From assembly GCA_052171895.1 (NCBI GenBank), contig JBQMRN010000007.1:2111-66110 (forward strand): a stretch of 64,000 nt of DNA, given 5' to 3'. The notes beneath the pieces are model-generated. The model was not told where the DNA came from, made no database searches, and saw nothing but the letters and a program-made list of their open reading frames with translations. The position numbers were made by a program, and so were the translations under genes. This stretch comes from Arsenophonus sp. NEOnobi-MAG3 (lineage in GTDB: Bacteria; Pseudomonadota; Gammaproteobacteria; Enterobacterales; Enterobacteriaceae). Each line of letters begins with the position of its first letter. Within the stretch, counting starts at the first letter, position 1. This document shows positions 24,253-36,149 of this stretch, one piece after another.

Positions 24253-25443
24253 ATGTTGGAAAATATTATTACTGCTCCTGCCGATCCTATTTTAGGCTTA
24301 GCAGAGAGTTTTAATTCTGATCCACGTAAACAAAAAATCAATTTAGGTATTGGTGTTTACAAGGATGAATCAGGGAAAACCCCCATTCTTATTTCCGTAA
24401 AAAAAGCAGAAAAATATTTATTAGACAATGAAGTAACTAAAAATTATCTTGCTATTAGCGGCATACCAGAATTTGCTAGCGTTACTCAAACATTACTGTT
24501 TGGCAATAAGCATTCAATTATCGCCGAAAATCGTGCTCGCACTTTACAGGCACCAGGCGGAACAGGTGCATTGCGTATTGCTGCTGAATTTATTGCTAAA
24601 CAGACGTCCACACAACGGGTCTGGATTAGTCAACCAACCTGGCCAAATCATGAGAATATATTTAAAGCGGCCAACTTGACAAGCTGTTATTACGATTACT
24701 ATCATGCTGAAAAGCATAATCTGGATTTTGTTGGTATGTTAACCAGCTTAGAAGATGCGAAGCCTGGTGATATACTATTACTACATGGTTGCTGTCATAA
24801 CCCTACCGGTATCGACCCAACGCTAGATCAATGGGAAATTCTATCTACTCTTGCAGCAGAAAAAAATTTATTACCTGTTTTTGATTTTGCCTATCAAGGT
24901 TTTGCTAAAGGTTTGGAGGAAGATGTAAAAGGTTTACATATTTTTATCAATAAAAATCCTGAGATCATCATTGCTAGTTCCTACTCAAAAATTTTTGGCT
25001 TATATAATGAACGGGTCGGTGCCTGTACGATTATTGCCAATGATAGTGATCAAGCAGAACAAGCATTTAGTCAAATAAAATTGATTATTAGAGCAAACTA
25101 CTCTAACCCCCCTGCCCATGGGGCAGCCATTGTTACCACGATTTTATCTGATGAAGTTTTAAAGAAAGAGTGGATCGAAGAGCTGACAACCATGCGGAAG
25201 CGTATTCAACGTATGCGGCAGCTATTTGTAAATACATTAAAAAAAAAAGGCGCTAAGCAAGATTTTAGTTTTATTAGCAAACAAAATGGTATGTTCTCTT
25301 TTAGTGGTCTTAATCAAGACCAAATAATTCAGCTACGTGAAAAATATGCTATCTATGCAATTAGATCAGCTCGAATTAATGTCGCGAGCTTAACGTTAGA
25401 AAATATGGTTCCTTTATGTAAGGCTATCATTAATGTTTTATAA
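24253..25443 (+). CDS. aspC: aspartate aminotransferase
   Basis: [51 protein letters not shown] (PLP lysine) and RINVA. Confidence 0.97.
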   Translation: MLENIITAPADPILGLAESFNSDPRKQKINLGIGVYKDESGKTPILISVKKAEKYLLDNEVTKNYLAISGIPEFASVTQTLLFGNKHSIIAENRARTLQAPGGTGALRIAAEFIAKQTSTQRVWISQPTWPNHENIFKAANLTSCYYDYYHAEKHNLDFVGMLTSLEDAKPGDILLLHGCCHNPTGIDPTLDQWEILSTLAAEKNLLPVFDFAYQGFAKGLEEDVKGLHIFINKNPEIIIASSYSKIFGLYNERVGACTIIANDSDQAEQAFSQIKLIIRANYSNPPAHGAAIVTTILSDEVLKKEWIEELTTMRKRIQRMRQLFVNTLKKKGAKQDFSFISKQNGMFSFSGLNQDQIIQLREKYAIYAIRSARINVASLTLENMVPLCKAIINVL

Positions 25444-25584
25444 AAATAATGTTAATTTAGATATTTACCAATTATACCAGTAGCCTAATCGCTTTTATTA
25501 TGAATAGCTAACTATAAAATTCTAGTCTTTAAATAAAATTATCCTTGATAAGAGAGGATTAAATTGATATTTATCATTCAAATT

Positions 25585-25837
25585 GAGTTATGCTCAATTT
25601 TGGTGTATGGGTTTTCAGAGATGGTTAGGCAATGTCCTGCTGATTAATTTTGTGGATGATTTTAACAATAGAGAGATGATATGCCATGAAAGGCTATACT
25701 AAATGTATCTGTGAAACAAAATATTAGCTCTGATCCCTTGCATAAACTCATCCATAATGGTGCTAGGCAAGTAATAACCAGCGCCGTTGAAGCTAAGCTT
25801 GAAGCCATTCTGAGATAACATACTGAAGACCGTCTTG
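25585..25837 (+). mobile_element. IS256 5' fragment, ending at a CTTG IS91 target site
   Basis: Left terminal repeat GAGTTATGCTCAATTTTGGTGTAT. Ends ...GACCGTCTTG at 25837. Confidence 0.85.
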
Positions 25838-27006
25838 ATGGTTAGGAAATTGAATTACTCTTTAAGTGAAGAGTAAAAGCCATCCCTTATTGCTAAAATG
25901 AGATAGAATTAGTTTATTGGTTTATTGTAAGTGAAAATTTCATTTGAGTGTGTATTCTTCTTTGAACCTAATGCACTAAATTTAAAGATATTAACCCTAG
26001 GTAATTAGGCTTAATAAGCCTCGTTTTTTATTTTATGCATTCTTTCTGACAACAATTCTATTACCTACTCAGCCAAGCTGCTGAGCGTCGATAAAAAGTA
26101 GCCTGTTGCTACATAGCATGTATTTGTACGAATTTATTCGAAGAAGAATCCTTTCATCAGAAAGGCAAACTCCAGTTTTTCCTGTTTTTTGCGAACAGTC
26201 ATCTCCAGCGCCTTCTATACCTTCGGTAATAGAGGTATGCCTTACATTTTTACGAACTCGATTCGATAAGAAAGCATAGTAATAGATAATCTTAAAATGC
26301 TTCGCTGCAATATACTAAATATTCCCTAATATAGCAGTTAATCATCTCTTTTTTCATCAGGATTTGCTGCTTATATTCCTTAAGTCTGGTCCTCACATAG
26401 TAATGATATGCAAGCAGTTCCCATTCAGTAATGCCGCAATTTTAACGCGGATACTCCGGATGGTTTAAGGTATCGCCAAAGGTATTTCACGCTATGCCAC
26501 ACCCATTTTGTCTTTTTAGCCAAGTGCACTTTCCAGTAATGTCCCTACTGTGCCATTCAGGTAACGCTCCCACTGCTCTTCTTGTAGCGGACTGCTCTTC
26601 TTGTAGCTGATATACCCTAAAAAAACAGAAAGACTAATTGGATTTATCAGGTCATAGCTATGACGCAGAAGCTGGATGACAGCACCTCGCCAGATTTCTT
26701 TAACCCCATTTTTTGAAAAATAGTTCATATCATATAGTATCTTTAATATCTAGATCGCCACAAGATGACAGAGGTATGAACATGTAGATATTGATTAAAT
26801 TGTTAATAATAAGTGTGTAAGGCACAGAAGATAGCAATTTTAATACTCTCTTTGCGTGCCCACTGCAGAATAGTGGGGGTGGAAGAGAAAGGAAGGCCGC
26901 GTGAAATAAAGCGTTGAGAGTAGAGGACAGTTATTGTTGAAAAATGGCAAAAAAGATAGCGGATAGTGAAAGTAATGTGTTGCCATGTCAAAGTTTGGTA
27001 AAATAT
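25838..27006 (-). mobile_element. IS91-family element, 3' part of tnpA plus oriIS end
   Basis: oriIS ATGGTTAGGAAATTGAAT directly after CTTG. WQHITFTIR, AIFCALHTY, KVHLAKKTK and KYLWRYLK-S remnants. Cut at 27006. Confidence 0.85.
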
Positions 27007-27679
27007 GAACGTAGCACACTATGATATGAGCAGCGCAGGTAGTAGGCTGGCCACTTCTTCGTGGATATTCATGATCTGATTACTGTTTTATACTTTTCGA
27101 TATGTTCTTCTTTTCAAGAATTTAGTTAAGAATGTAGGTAGATAGCTCGGAATAAATCTGCTAAAAATGACAAATCAGGTAAATTAAAAAGACAATACGC
27201 GACTTCAGGTATTACACATCGCTTGTTTATCCAAATTGCTTTATGATCTCTCTCCCGAAATGAATGATGACAGACTGATTGAATTTTTTATGACCACTAA
27301 AAGATGCCATACAGCAATATGTCTCCGACACTCTGTCCCCAATTTTTTCTTGATACCCAAGTATTATCCGCCTCTATAGTCACGATTATCGGGAGTTTTG
27401 ATCAACACAGAGCGTTTTGGCGGCTACTCCCAACAACAAGGAGCCAAGCTGAATGACGTTGGATACAAGTGGATTCATGAGGAGCAATGACTGAAAATAT
27501 GCTTGCCAATGAATTCATCATCTAAATGAATTCATCATCTATAGGAAACTAGGTTCAAAGAATACATACTCTGATAAAATTTTAACTTAAAATAGATTAG
27601 TAAACTAATTCTATCTCCTTTTACCAATAAAAGATGGCTTTTGTTCTTCATTTAAAGAGCGATTTAATTTTCTAACTAT
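27007..27679 (+). mobile_element. 673-bp non-autonomous mini-IS91 (terIS + upstream ORF remnant + oriIS, no tnpA)
   Basis: Starts GAACGTAGCACACTATGATATGAGC (terIS end shared with the other copies) and ends ...GATTTAATTTTCTAACTAT followed by target GAAC. The upstream ORF joins the ori region at a 17-nt tandem duplication (AATGAATTCATCATCTA x2, ~27508-27541). Confidence 0.8.
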
Positions 27680-28819
27680 GAACACCGCCTTGTCGATGAG
27701 CGGTCTTATGCTATCATCCGTAAGGGTTCTTTTCCACAACGAACCATAGAGATTGCTATGTGCAATATTGAGATTACAGTTCCTAAGATCACAAGGAAGG
27801 ATCTTCAGAAGCGGCAACGGAATATGCTTCAACAGCTTGTTGATACCCTCTTATCTAAGAGGGTGCAAAAAGCGTCGAAGAGTTGGTAGCGTGCCTCTAC
27901 CTACTAAATATCTCAACCGAAGATTTTCACGAAGCTCTATGGGAGTTTCTCGGTGAAAAAGCACATGCTCTTTCTGCTAATACACCATTACAGCAGACTG
28001 AAACAGCAATGGCTTCAAGAGCACAAGCGGTTCCTTCATGATTTAAGCGATACGCGCTACCTTTATTTCTTGGTCAATGGGATATAGCCCCATGTTAGGC
28101 AAGGTGATCACCTTTGCCTGCTGATTATATCGGCGTCACTGAACATGGAGGTAAGGAGCTCGTTTCGCTCAAAGATGATTATCAAGAATAAGAGTCGAAT
28201 TGGGCTGAACTTATCAATGGCTTCTTGCAAGCGCATGGGTTTAACCGTATCTTTCAGGATTGATACGGGAGACGGTGCCCTTGGTTTTTGGAATGCAATG
28301 GCAAAGATATTCTCGAACATGCAGTACCAACGATGTTGGGTATACAAAACAGCTAATGTGCTAACTTCAGCCTTACAGAAGGCATGCAACTAAAAGTTAG
28401 GCTGAGCTGCGCGGGAAGGTTTGGCTAGCAGAGAGGTGCCATATATCGGTAATAAAACTCTTGATATTTTGTTGGCAAGGTTTTCAGAGAAATATCAGAA
28501 TTTGCTGGTATTTTACGACTTTTCGTCAGCAAAGTAGGCGTCAATAGAGCGATGAATCTGATTGAATCGGTTTTTGCAACATGAAGGCTACGAAATCGTC
28601 GTGGGAAGAACTATGGTTCGAGAAAAACAACCCTTTCAATGCTATTTAAGCTGCTACAGTCTGCTCAGAAAATCTGGAAGCAATTAAGAGAATTTACCTT
28701 TTTGACCCTGGTAGTAAACACACCTTGCAATTTAAAAATGGAGAGAGATTTACAAAGCATCAGAGTGGAACGTAACCTAACCACCGCCATCATAGATACA
28801 GCAGATTTGCTAATAACTC
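27680..28819 (+). mobile_element. IS256 3' part, degenerate
   Basis: GALGFWNAMAKIFSNMQYQRCWVYKTANVLTS (ORF 28145-28393). Right terminal repeat ends at 28819. Confidence 0.9.
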
Positions 28820-29000
28820 CCCTTCGCCTAAGTCATGTCAGAGAAGTTTTATAATTTGAGATGCAGAAGTGGATGATACTAAATATGGTTTTGTTGCTGC
28901 AGAACATTTGAATTCACAGAAGGTTCAAATTTTGCTAGAATTAGTATTGATCTAAACCCATGTTCCAATAAAAATTCAAGCAATGTTTGATAAGTATTAA
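28820..29000 (+). pseudogene. ansB: C-terminal remnant of L-asparaginase II
   Basis: DAEVDDTKYGFVAAEHLNSQKVQILLELVL...IQAMFDKY* compared with AnsB [30 protein letters not shown]...IQQIFNQY*. Confidence 0.85.
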
Positions 29001-29144
29001 TTCATTATCTAAAATGTTGTTTAGCAGACAATTATTTTTTACGCAATTAAAAATTAAATTTTTGCAGCTGTTCAGTGCTAATGTTAAAACTTAATCAGAG
29101 ATTAAGTAATAGTAGAAGGTTAATCATATCAATAAGGGTAGGTG

Positions 29145-30236
29145 ATGAGTCAAGTATATAATTTTAGCGCTGGTCCGGCCATGTTACCGGTAGAAGTTTT
29201 GCATCTTGCACAACAAGAACTTTGTAATTGGAATGGTATGGGGGTTTCGGTTATGGAAATAAGCCATCGTGGTGAAGCATTTATGGAGATAGTCAACCAA
29301 GCTGAACAAAATCTGCGCCAATTACTAAAAATACCTAAAAACTATAAAGTCCTTTTTTGTCACGGTGGTGCTAGAGGTCAATTTTCTGCCTTACCATTAA
29401 ATTTATTTCAGCCTGATGAAACCGTTGACTATATTGTTGGTGGTTATTGGGCAAAGTCTGCTGCGGAAGAGGCAAAAAAATATTGTATTGTTAATGAAAT
29501 TGATATTCAGCTAGAAAAATTAGCTTATTTGAGTGTGCAAGCAATGGATCAATGGCCATTAACAACCAGTGCAAAATATCTTCATTATTGCCCGAATGAA
29601 ACGATTGATGGTATTGCTATCCATACGCTACCTGATTTTTCTGCTGATAAAGTTGTGATTGCTGATTACTCCTCAGCGATCTTATCACGGCCACTTGATG
29701 TCAGCCGTTTTGGTGTTATTTATGCCGGTGCGCAAAAAAATATCGGGGCAGCAGGTATCACATTGGTCATCATTCGTGAAGATTTGTTGGGTCAAGCAAA
29801 AAAGGCAACACCTTCTATCCTTAATTACACAATACTGGCTAAAAATAACTCAATGTATAATACACCAGTAACTTTTGCTTGGTATCTATCAGTAATGGTA
29901 TTTAAATGGTTAAAACAGCAGGGTGGTTTACAAGAAATAGAAAAACGAAATCAAGAAAAAGCCTGCTTGCTGTATGATATTATTGATAATAGCCAATTTT
30001 ATATTAATCGAATCAATCCAGTTAATCGTTCGGTAATGAATATTCCATTTCGAATGGTAAAACCTAACTTAGATAATGAATTTATCAAAGCGGCAGAACA
30101 GCAAGGGCTGCTTTTTCTGAAAGGGCATAAAGCGGCGGGTGGTGGCATGCGTGCTTCAATTTATAATGCTATGCCATTGGCTGGTGTGCAAAAGTTAGTT
30201 AATTTTATGATTGATTTTGAACAGCGAAATAAATAA
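29145..30236 (+). CDS. serC: phosphoserine/phosphohydroxythreonine aminotransferase
   Basis: [43 protein letters not shown] and [10 protein letters not shown]. Confidence 0.97.
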   Translation: MSQVYNFSAGPAMLPVEVLHLAQQELCNWNGMGVSVMEISHRGEAFMEIVNQAEQNLRQLLKIPKNYKVLFCHGGARGQFSALPLNLFQPDETVDYIVGGYWAKSAAEEAKKYCIVNEIDIQLEKLAYLSVQAMDQWPLTTSAKYLHYCPNETIDGIAIHTLPDFSADKVVIADYSSAILSRPLDVSRFGVIYAGAQKNIGAAGITLVIIREDLLGQAKKATPSILNYTILAKNNSMYNTPVTFAWYLSVMVFKWLKQQGGLQEIEKRNQEKACLLYDIIDNSQFYINRINPVNRSVMNIPFRMVKPNLDNEFIKAAEQQGLLFLKGHKAAGGGMRASIYNAMPLAGVQKLVNFMIDFEQRNK

Positions 30237-30354
30237 ATTAAATCATCTTTTTTGATTAGATTGGTAATAATATTATCGTCTAATCTTATCAAATAAATAT
30301 AAATATGATTTAACTAAATTATCCAACTGTGTTACTGGAGAGAGCCTACGTTTA

Positions 30355-31641
30355 ATGCAAGTCCTAACAATACAACCCATTTCTTACGTTGAAGGTACTA
30401 TCAATCTTCCTGGCTCGAAAAGTATTTCTAATCGGGTACTATTGTTAGCTGCATTAGCTCAAGGCAAAACCGTATTAAATAATCTTCTTGCTAGTGATGA
30501 TATTCGTCATATGCTTAATGCGCTGACAGCATTGGGTATCGAATATCAATTATCCCAAGATCTTACTACCTGTATTGTAAAAGGTGGCGAGCAATATTTT
30601 AGCAATAAAAAAGGTTTAGAAATTTTTCTCGGTAATGCGGGAACGGCTATGCGGCCATTAAGTGCGGTTTTAGCGTTGACGCACAATGATATTGTCTTAA
30701 CAGGTGAGCCAAGAATGAAAGAGCGCCCTATCAGTCATCTCATTGATGCATTAAAGCAATGTGGGGCAACTATTGATTATCTTGAACAACCAGGTTATCC
30801 GCCTATAAGGATAAAAGGAGGCTTTCAAGGTGGGAATATTACAGTCAATGGCTGCCTCTCTAGTCAATTTTTAACTGCACTTTTAATAGCTGCACCGTTG
30901 GCGCATAATGATACGATTATCCAAATAAAAGGAGAGCTTGTTTCTAAACCTTATATTGATATTACCCTGGCACTGATGCGTAAATTTGGCATTGTTGGCG
31001 TTGAAGTAGACAATCAATATTTTTGTCGATTTCATATTAAAGCTGGACAACACTATATTTCACCAGGTAATTATCTTGTTGAGGGCGATGCCTCTTCTGC
31101 TTCTTATTTTTTAGCTGCAGCAGCAATTAAAGGAGGTACCGTTAGGGTAACAGGTATTGGCAAAGATAGTTTGCAAGGTGATAGCAAGTTTGCTGTTATA
31201 CTTGAAAAAATGGGTGCCAAAATACGATGGGGTAAAGATTTTATAGAATCTCAACGAGATGAGTTAATTGGTATTGATATGGATATGAATGCGATCCCGG
31301 ATGCGGCGATGACGGTTGCGACGCTTGCGCTCTTTGCTCGAGGTGAAACGATTATTCGTAATATTTATAACTGGCGGGTAAAAGAAACTGATAGATTAAA
31401 TGCAATGACGACTGAATTAACAAAAGTTGGTGCTAAAGTAGAAGAAGGCCATGACTATATTCGTATTTTACCACCTAAATTATTTCAGCATGCTGAAATA
31501 GCAACTTATAATGATCATAGGATGGCGATGTGTTTTTCACTTGTCGCTTTGTCAGATACGCCGGTTACCATTTTGGATCCAAAATGTACCGCTAAGACTT
31601 TTCCAAGCTATTTTAAGTCACTAGAAAAATTAAGTTATTGA
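30355..31641 (+). CDS. aroA: EPSP synthase
   Basis: [46 protein letters not shown] and [10 protein letters not shown]. Confidence 0.98.
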   Translation: MQVLTIQPISYVEGTINLPGSKSISNRVLLLAALAQGKTVLNNLLASDDIRHMLNALTALGIEYQLSQDLTTCIVKGGEQYFSNKKGLEIFLGNAGTAMRPLSAVLALTHNDIVLTGEPRMKERPISHLIDALKQCGATIDYLEQPGYPPIRIKGGFQGGNITVNGCLSSQFLTALLIAAPLAHNDTIIQIKGELVSKPYIDITLALMRKFGIVGVEVDNQYFCRFHIKAGQHYISPGNYLVEGDASSASYFLAAAAIKGGTVRVTGIGKDSLQGDSKFAVILEKMGAKIRWGKDFIESQRDELIGIDMDMNAIPDAAMTVATLALFARGETIIRNIYNWRVKETDRLNAMTTELTKVGAKVEEGHDYIRILPPKLFQHAEIATYNDHRMAMCFSLVALSDTPVTILDPKCTAKTFPSYFKSLEKLSY

Positions 31642-31666
31642 TATAGAGTATGCCAATAAAATTAGC

Positions 31667-31884
31667 TGTCACACCCCGAAATATAGCATGGGGTTTTTAA
31701 CAATTCATCTTTAATTTTCAACCAATCTTTCATATAGATTACAATGGAGTTTTAGTACACAATATTAATTTGGGTAATTTCTAAATGTAGAAGCAAACAT
31801 ATTGATGTAGAGTAATCTCAAACTTTTTGATAAGGATTAAAATGATGGCTTTGCAGCCAATCTTCTATTCGCCAATTAAATCGC
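31667..31884 (-). mobile_element. IS481 3' end fragment
   Basis: Starts at TGTCACACC (minus-strand ...GGTGTGACA terminus). Colinear with 39460-39671 and 63151-63340. Confidence 0.75.
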
Positions 31885-32300
31885 GAGTTATGCTTATTTC
31901 TGATATATAGAATTTCGCAAATGGTGGCGTCTATTATACTAATTAATTTTATAAATGATTTCAACACCATAAAATGATATGGCATGAAAAGTCTATCCTA
32001 CAGATAGTTGAAAAACTAGATATTACCTCTGATCCCTTGCATGAATTCATATGTTAAGGGTACCAGGCGACTGGTAGCCACCATTGTTGTGGCTGAGTTA
32101 GAAGTCATGCTGCGACAATATGCTGAACACAACCCCTAGTTGACGGGGTTGTGACGACCAGGCTGTGCGTCGTTCGTAACGACTATTTACCAGAGCGAAT
32201 TATATAGACTGGTATTAGAGATATTAAAATTAAAGTGTATAAGGTCAGGGGAGAGGATCGCATCGGTAACTGAATATGTTTCAATAGCTATGTGGTTGCT
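31885..32300 (+). mobile_element. IS256 5' fragment
   Basis: Left terminal repeat GAGTTATGCTTATTTCTGATATAT. Cut by the next copy. Confidence 0.85.
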
Positions 32301-33757
32301 GAGTTATTAGAAAATATGGCGTATGACGGTTAGGGTACCCTCTGATGCTTCGTGGATCAGTTTCCCATCCTAAAATTAGATATTGTTTACCACCAGGGTC
32401 AGCAGGTTAAATGCATTTAGCCGGTTTCAGCTTTTCTGAGCAGACTCTAGTAGTTAAATAAGTATTAAAAGGGTTATTTTCTCTAACCACAGTTTTCGCG
32501 CGTCTGCTTAGTAGCCTCATGTCGTAAAACCCAATTCAATCAGATTTGTCGTTCTTATTGACGCTCACCCAGTGAGCTCTTGACGGGAAGAGCGTGAATG
32601 CCAGTAGTTTTTCTCGATCTTTTTCTAGCTTATTCATTGCTGCAGGACATTTTGCTGAAAACCTTCCTAACAAAACATCAAGAGCTTTATTATTGGTATG
32701 GCACCTCTTTGCTAGCCAGCCCTCCCCCCTCCCCCCCCGTAGCTCTCAACCTTAACTTTCTGTTGCATGCCATTTTGTTAGTGAAGCAAGCACATTAGCT
32801 GTTTTCCTATACCCAACAGCGTTAGTGCTGTATGTCCGGGAATATCTTTGCATTGCATTCCGAAAATCAAGGCAGCGTCTCCCATAGCAACCCTGGAAGA
32901 TACGGTTAAATCATACGCTCGCACAGGCCATTGAGAAGTTTTGGCAAGTTATGCTTCTGACTATCAATAAGCATCTTTGACCGCAAGTAACTCCTTATGC
33001 CCATGTTCAAAGTGACGCCGATAATGATCTAGCAGGCAAAGTCGATCATCTAATCTGATAGAACTATATATACCATCAACCAAGAAATAAACGTAGCACG
33101 TACCGCTTAAATCCAACAGAAGCCCACCAGCGCGCATACCATTAGCTATGTGCTTTCAAGCCATTACTGTTGCAATCTGCTGATGCTACTCTCTGCCAGA
33201 GATAGACCATATGCTTTTTCACTGAGAATTCGCCAAATGACTTCGTGAAAATCACCGGTGGATATGCCTTGCAGGAAGAAAACCATAGAGGGGCACGAAC
33301 TTTTTTGACAATTTTCCACACTTCAGATAAAATTGATAACAACTAGCTATTGAATAATATTCCTATTGCTGCTACGTTATCCCCTAATCCCCTAACTTAG
33401 CTACTTTAATATCAATATTAGCAATACCAGTTTATCTATATAGTTTACTGTGGCAAATAACCATTACAGATGAGGGACATGGATGGCACTCAAGAAAGAG
33501 TGGCGTTTAACATGTTGTCACAGCATGAGCTTTAAGCTCCCCCATCAACGTGGGGGAGGGATGTATCAGGTGGCTGGCACTATTACGGATGAGTTCATGC
33601 AAGAGATCACAGGTAATATCTGGTTTCGCGGATAGCTGTAGAGTAGGCTTTTCATGGTATATCATCTCTCTGTTGTTGAAATCATTTATGAAATCAATTA
33701 GCAGGGGGGGATACCCAGTATCTCTCAAATCACCATACACAAAAAATAAGCATAATT
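32301..33757 (-). mobile_element. IS256-family element, full length, degenerate
   Basis: GAGTTATTAGAAAATATGGCGTAT at 32301 and ATACACAAAAAATAAGCATAATT near 33757. Confidence 0.9.
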
Positions 33758-34074
33758 AGATAGTTGCTTATTCATTTTAATATCCTTCTAAATTCTTCAT
33801 AAATCCCATTGTTCAGATGGTGGCGGGGGTGCTCTGATACTTAATATCGCTAAAAAACGGCCAACAGTTTTTTCAAGTAGGGTGTAGGGTTATTACATAT
33901 ACTGTTTGCTATCAGACCATAAGAATCTATTGTCGTAAAAAACTGCATTATTTTCTGGTACGGTATTATCTGCTTCAGGGTGTGTGTTCAGAACTTTTTA
34001 AGAACTATATGGCATGATTTCTTCTTTCGTTAATGGTTATCTTAGATAATACTTAACGAAAAGGAGGATTCACG

Positions 34075-34315
34075 ATTGGTTAGTTGCATTTGATGCATTA
34101 AAATTTGTTAAAGCGCTGCTTTACAAAAAATCAGGCTAAAGTAATTTCTTTAGCTGTTCGTGAATCATACAATGTTGTTGATATAGCGACTAAACGAGAT
34201 TTAGGAGATGTTCATAAAGAAATAGACAGCAGATTTGATAGAATTGATGATGTTTGCTTTTGGAAAATTGAGAAATCAAATAGCTGATGTCCCGCAAAGA
34301 CTTATTTATTGATAA
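34075..34315 (+). pseudogene. DUF1640/CCDC90-like coiled-coil protein remnant
   Basis: After RBS AGGAGG: VAFDALKFVK-L, FTKNQAKVISLAVRESYNVVDIATKRDLGDV-KEID-RFDRID and QIADV-KDL. Resembles a small family common in Arsenophonus and related symbionts. Family assignment is from memory and needs a profile search. Confidence 0.6.
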
Positions 34316-34329
34316 TTTATAACAGCTGT

Positions 34330-34826
34330 AAAGATTTTTCTTTTAAGAAAACTTTACTCTGAAAAGATGTTGAAGCGTTAATTGCCTGTTTGTTTCGCTG
34401 ACTCCAGTAAACTCAATCCATTCAAGATACATTGCAGATAACTAAATCATTTATCCTTGTGATGTAGCCTCGCCAGAGGACTTTCTCAGTAAGATTGTTA
34501 AATGTTTTCCTATAATTATGGATTTTTCAACGAGATATAGCTGTTTTTTAACCCTAGCTAATAAATGTCTCAAGCGGATAATATATTCACTTTGATATAA
34601 AGTGGGCAGGATAAAAAAGTGAAATGAATTGCTTCATGCATGAATCGATATCATCCGACAAATTATCACCGAACCAAGTAATAAAATGCAGCTTTATGTT
34701 GGTAGGGAGTGAGGAAAGAGTCTCTTTGAGCTGTATGACTATTTGCTTTTTCATAATAAGCCTCTGTAGGAAAAATCTTTCATATAGTATAAAAGATTTC
34801 CACAAACAACCTTTGCCAATATAGTC
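34330..34826 (-). mobile_element. IS1595 5' half
   Basis: Minus-strand left end GACTATATTGGCAAAGGTTGTTTG at 34826. ORF 34587-34871 contains the transposase start MKKQIVIQLKETLSSLPTNIKLHF. Confidence 0.8.
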
Positions 34827-35232
34827 AAACTGATCCAGTAATGATTTATTACTTTGATGGTTCATTTTCATACAAGGCTCATATCTGGTTCATCTAAGCT
34901 AAAATATTGCCATTTTGATAGGGAAGAGATTATTGCTTTTGACTTGCAAGGGACTGATATCCGAGTTTATGTTGTATAGAGACACGTGAACAGGCGTTTG
35001 TTCAATGAAATCTAAGAAGATTACGATGTCATTGTTATAACGATGATAGAAAAGATGAATCAGCTAGTTTGATTTTGTTAAAAATCCTTGATGACAATAT
35101 TGTTCTGACTTTAATTCATTCCAAATAGTCTGGCGAAAATGACTCAGCTGCTAGTCTTAAAGATCTTTAGGAAGTATGTGAGCAAGCATAAGACGTGTAT
35201 TCGTTGAAAGTAGCTTAATATTGAGTATTTGT

Positions 35233-35990
35233 GGCTATGTTAGCAAAGGTTGTTTGTGGAAATCTTTTATACTATATGAAAGATTTTTGCTACAGAGGGT
35301 TATACTATGAAAAAGTAAATAGTCATACAGATCAAAGAGACTCTTTTATCACTTCCTACCAACATAAAACTGCATTTCATTACTTGGTTCGGTGATAATT
35401 TGTCGGATGATGTTGATTCATGCATTGAAGCAACTCATTTCACTTTATGCTGCTAATAAAGCTCTTGATGTTTTTTGGTAAGCTTTTTAGCTAAGTGTAT
35501 CCTGCAGGGATGAAGATGCTGGAGGAAGATTGAGAAGAACTTTTGTTGGCATTCTATGAGTCTCTATCAAGGAGCACTTCACTTGGAGTCAATAAGAACG
35601 ATGAATCCGATTGAATTGATTTTTGTGGCAACTGAGGCTACGGACGCCTACGCGAAAAGAACTGTGCTTATAAAAAAACAACCTTTTCAATGGTATTTAA
35701 GCTGTTCCCCTCTGCTCAGAAAAGCTGGAAGCAGCTAACCTGAATCTAGGATTTGATACGATTGATCCTGTTGGTAAACAACGTCCAGTTTAAGGACGGA
35801 GAACAAATTCACGAAGCATCAGAGTGAAATACATAGATAGCCTAATCGCCATACACTAGATATTGCTAATAAGTCATTATCTGCTTTTTGGAAAAGATTG
35901 TTTGAATCCACAAGAATTGAAATATACAGGCGTGGGTGGTTGGGTTACACATTTTCTGCGAAAATGCAATAACTTTTCTCAACGCATAGA
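35233..35990 (+). mobile_element. IS1595 with its centre replaced by an IS256 3' fragment
   Basis: Left end GGCTATGTTAGCAAAGG at 35233, IS256 sequence at ~35451-35875, then ~115 nt of the IS1595 3' end. Confidence 0.8.
35451..35875 (+). mobile_element. IS256 3' fragment nested in IS1595
   Basis: SIRTMNPIE-IF-AT motif. Right terminal repeat ATACACTAGATATTGCTAATAAGTC. Confidence 0.85.
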
Positions 35991-36149
35991 TACCCCTATT
36001 CTTCTTATCAAGAAGAATCCGTCAGCATGACGTGACGGCAATAGAGAAATTTCGTATTTAAAATTAACGCTAATTAGCAGAGGAAACGTAATTTAATTCC
36101 CCTTGTAATCATTATTACAATTATTTTTAATGAGAAAAATCCAATTTGA

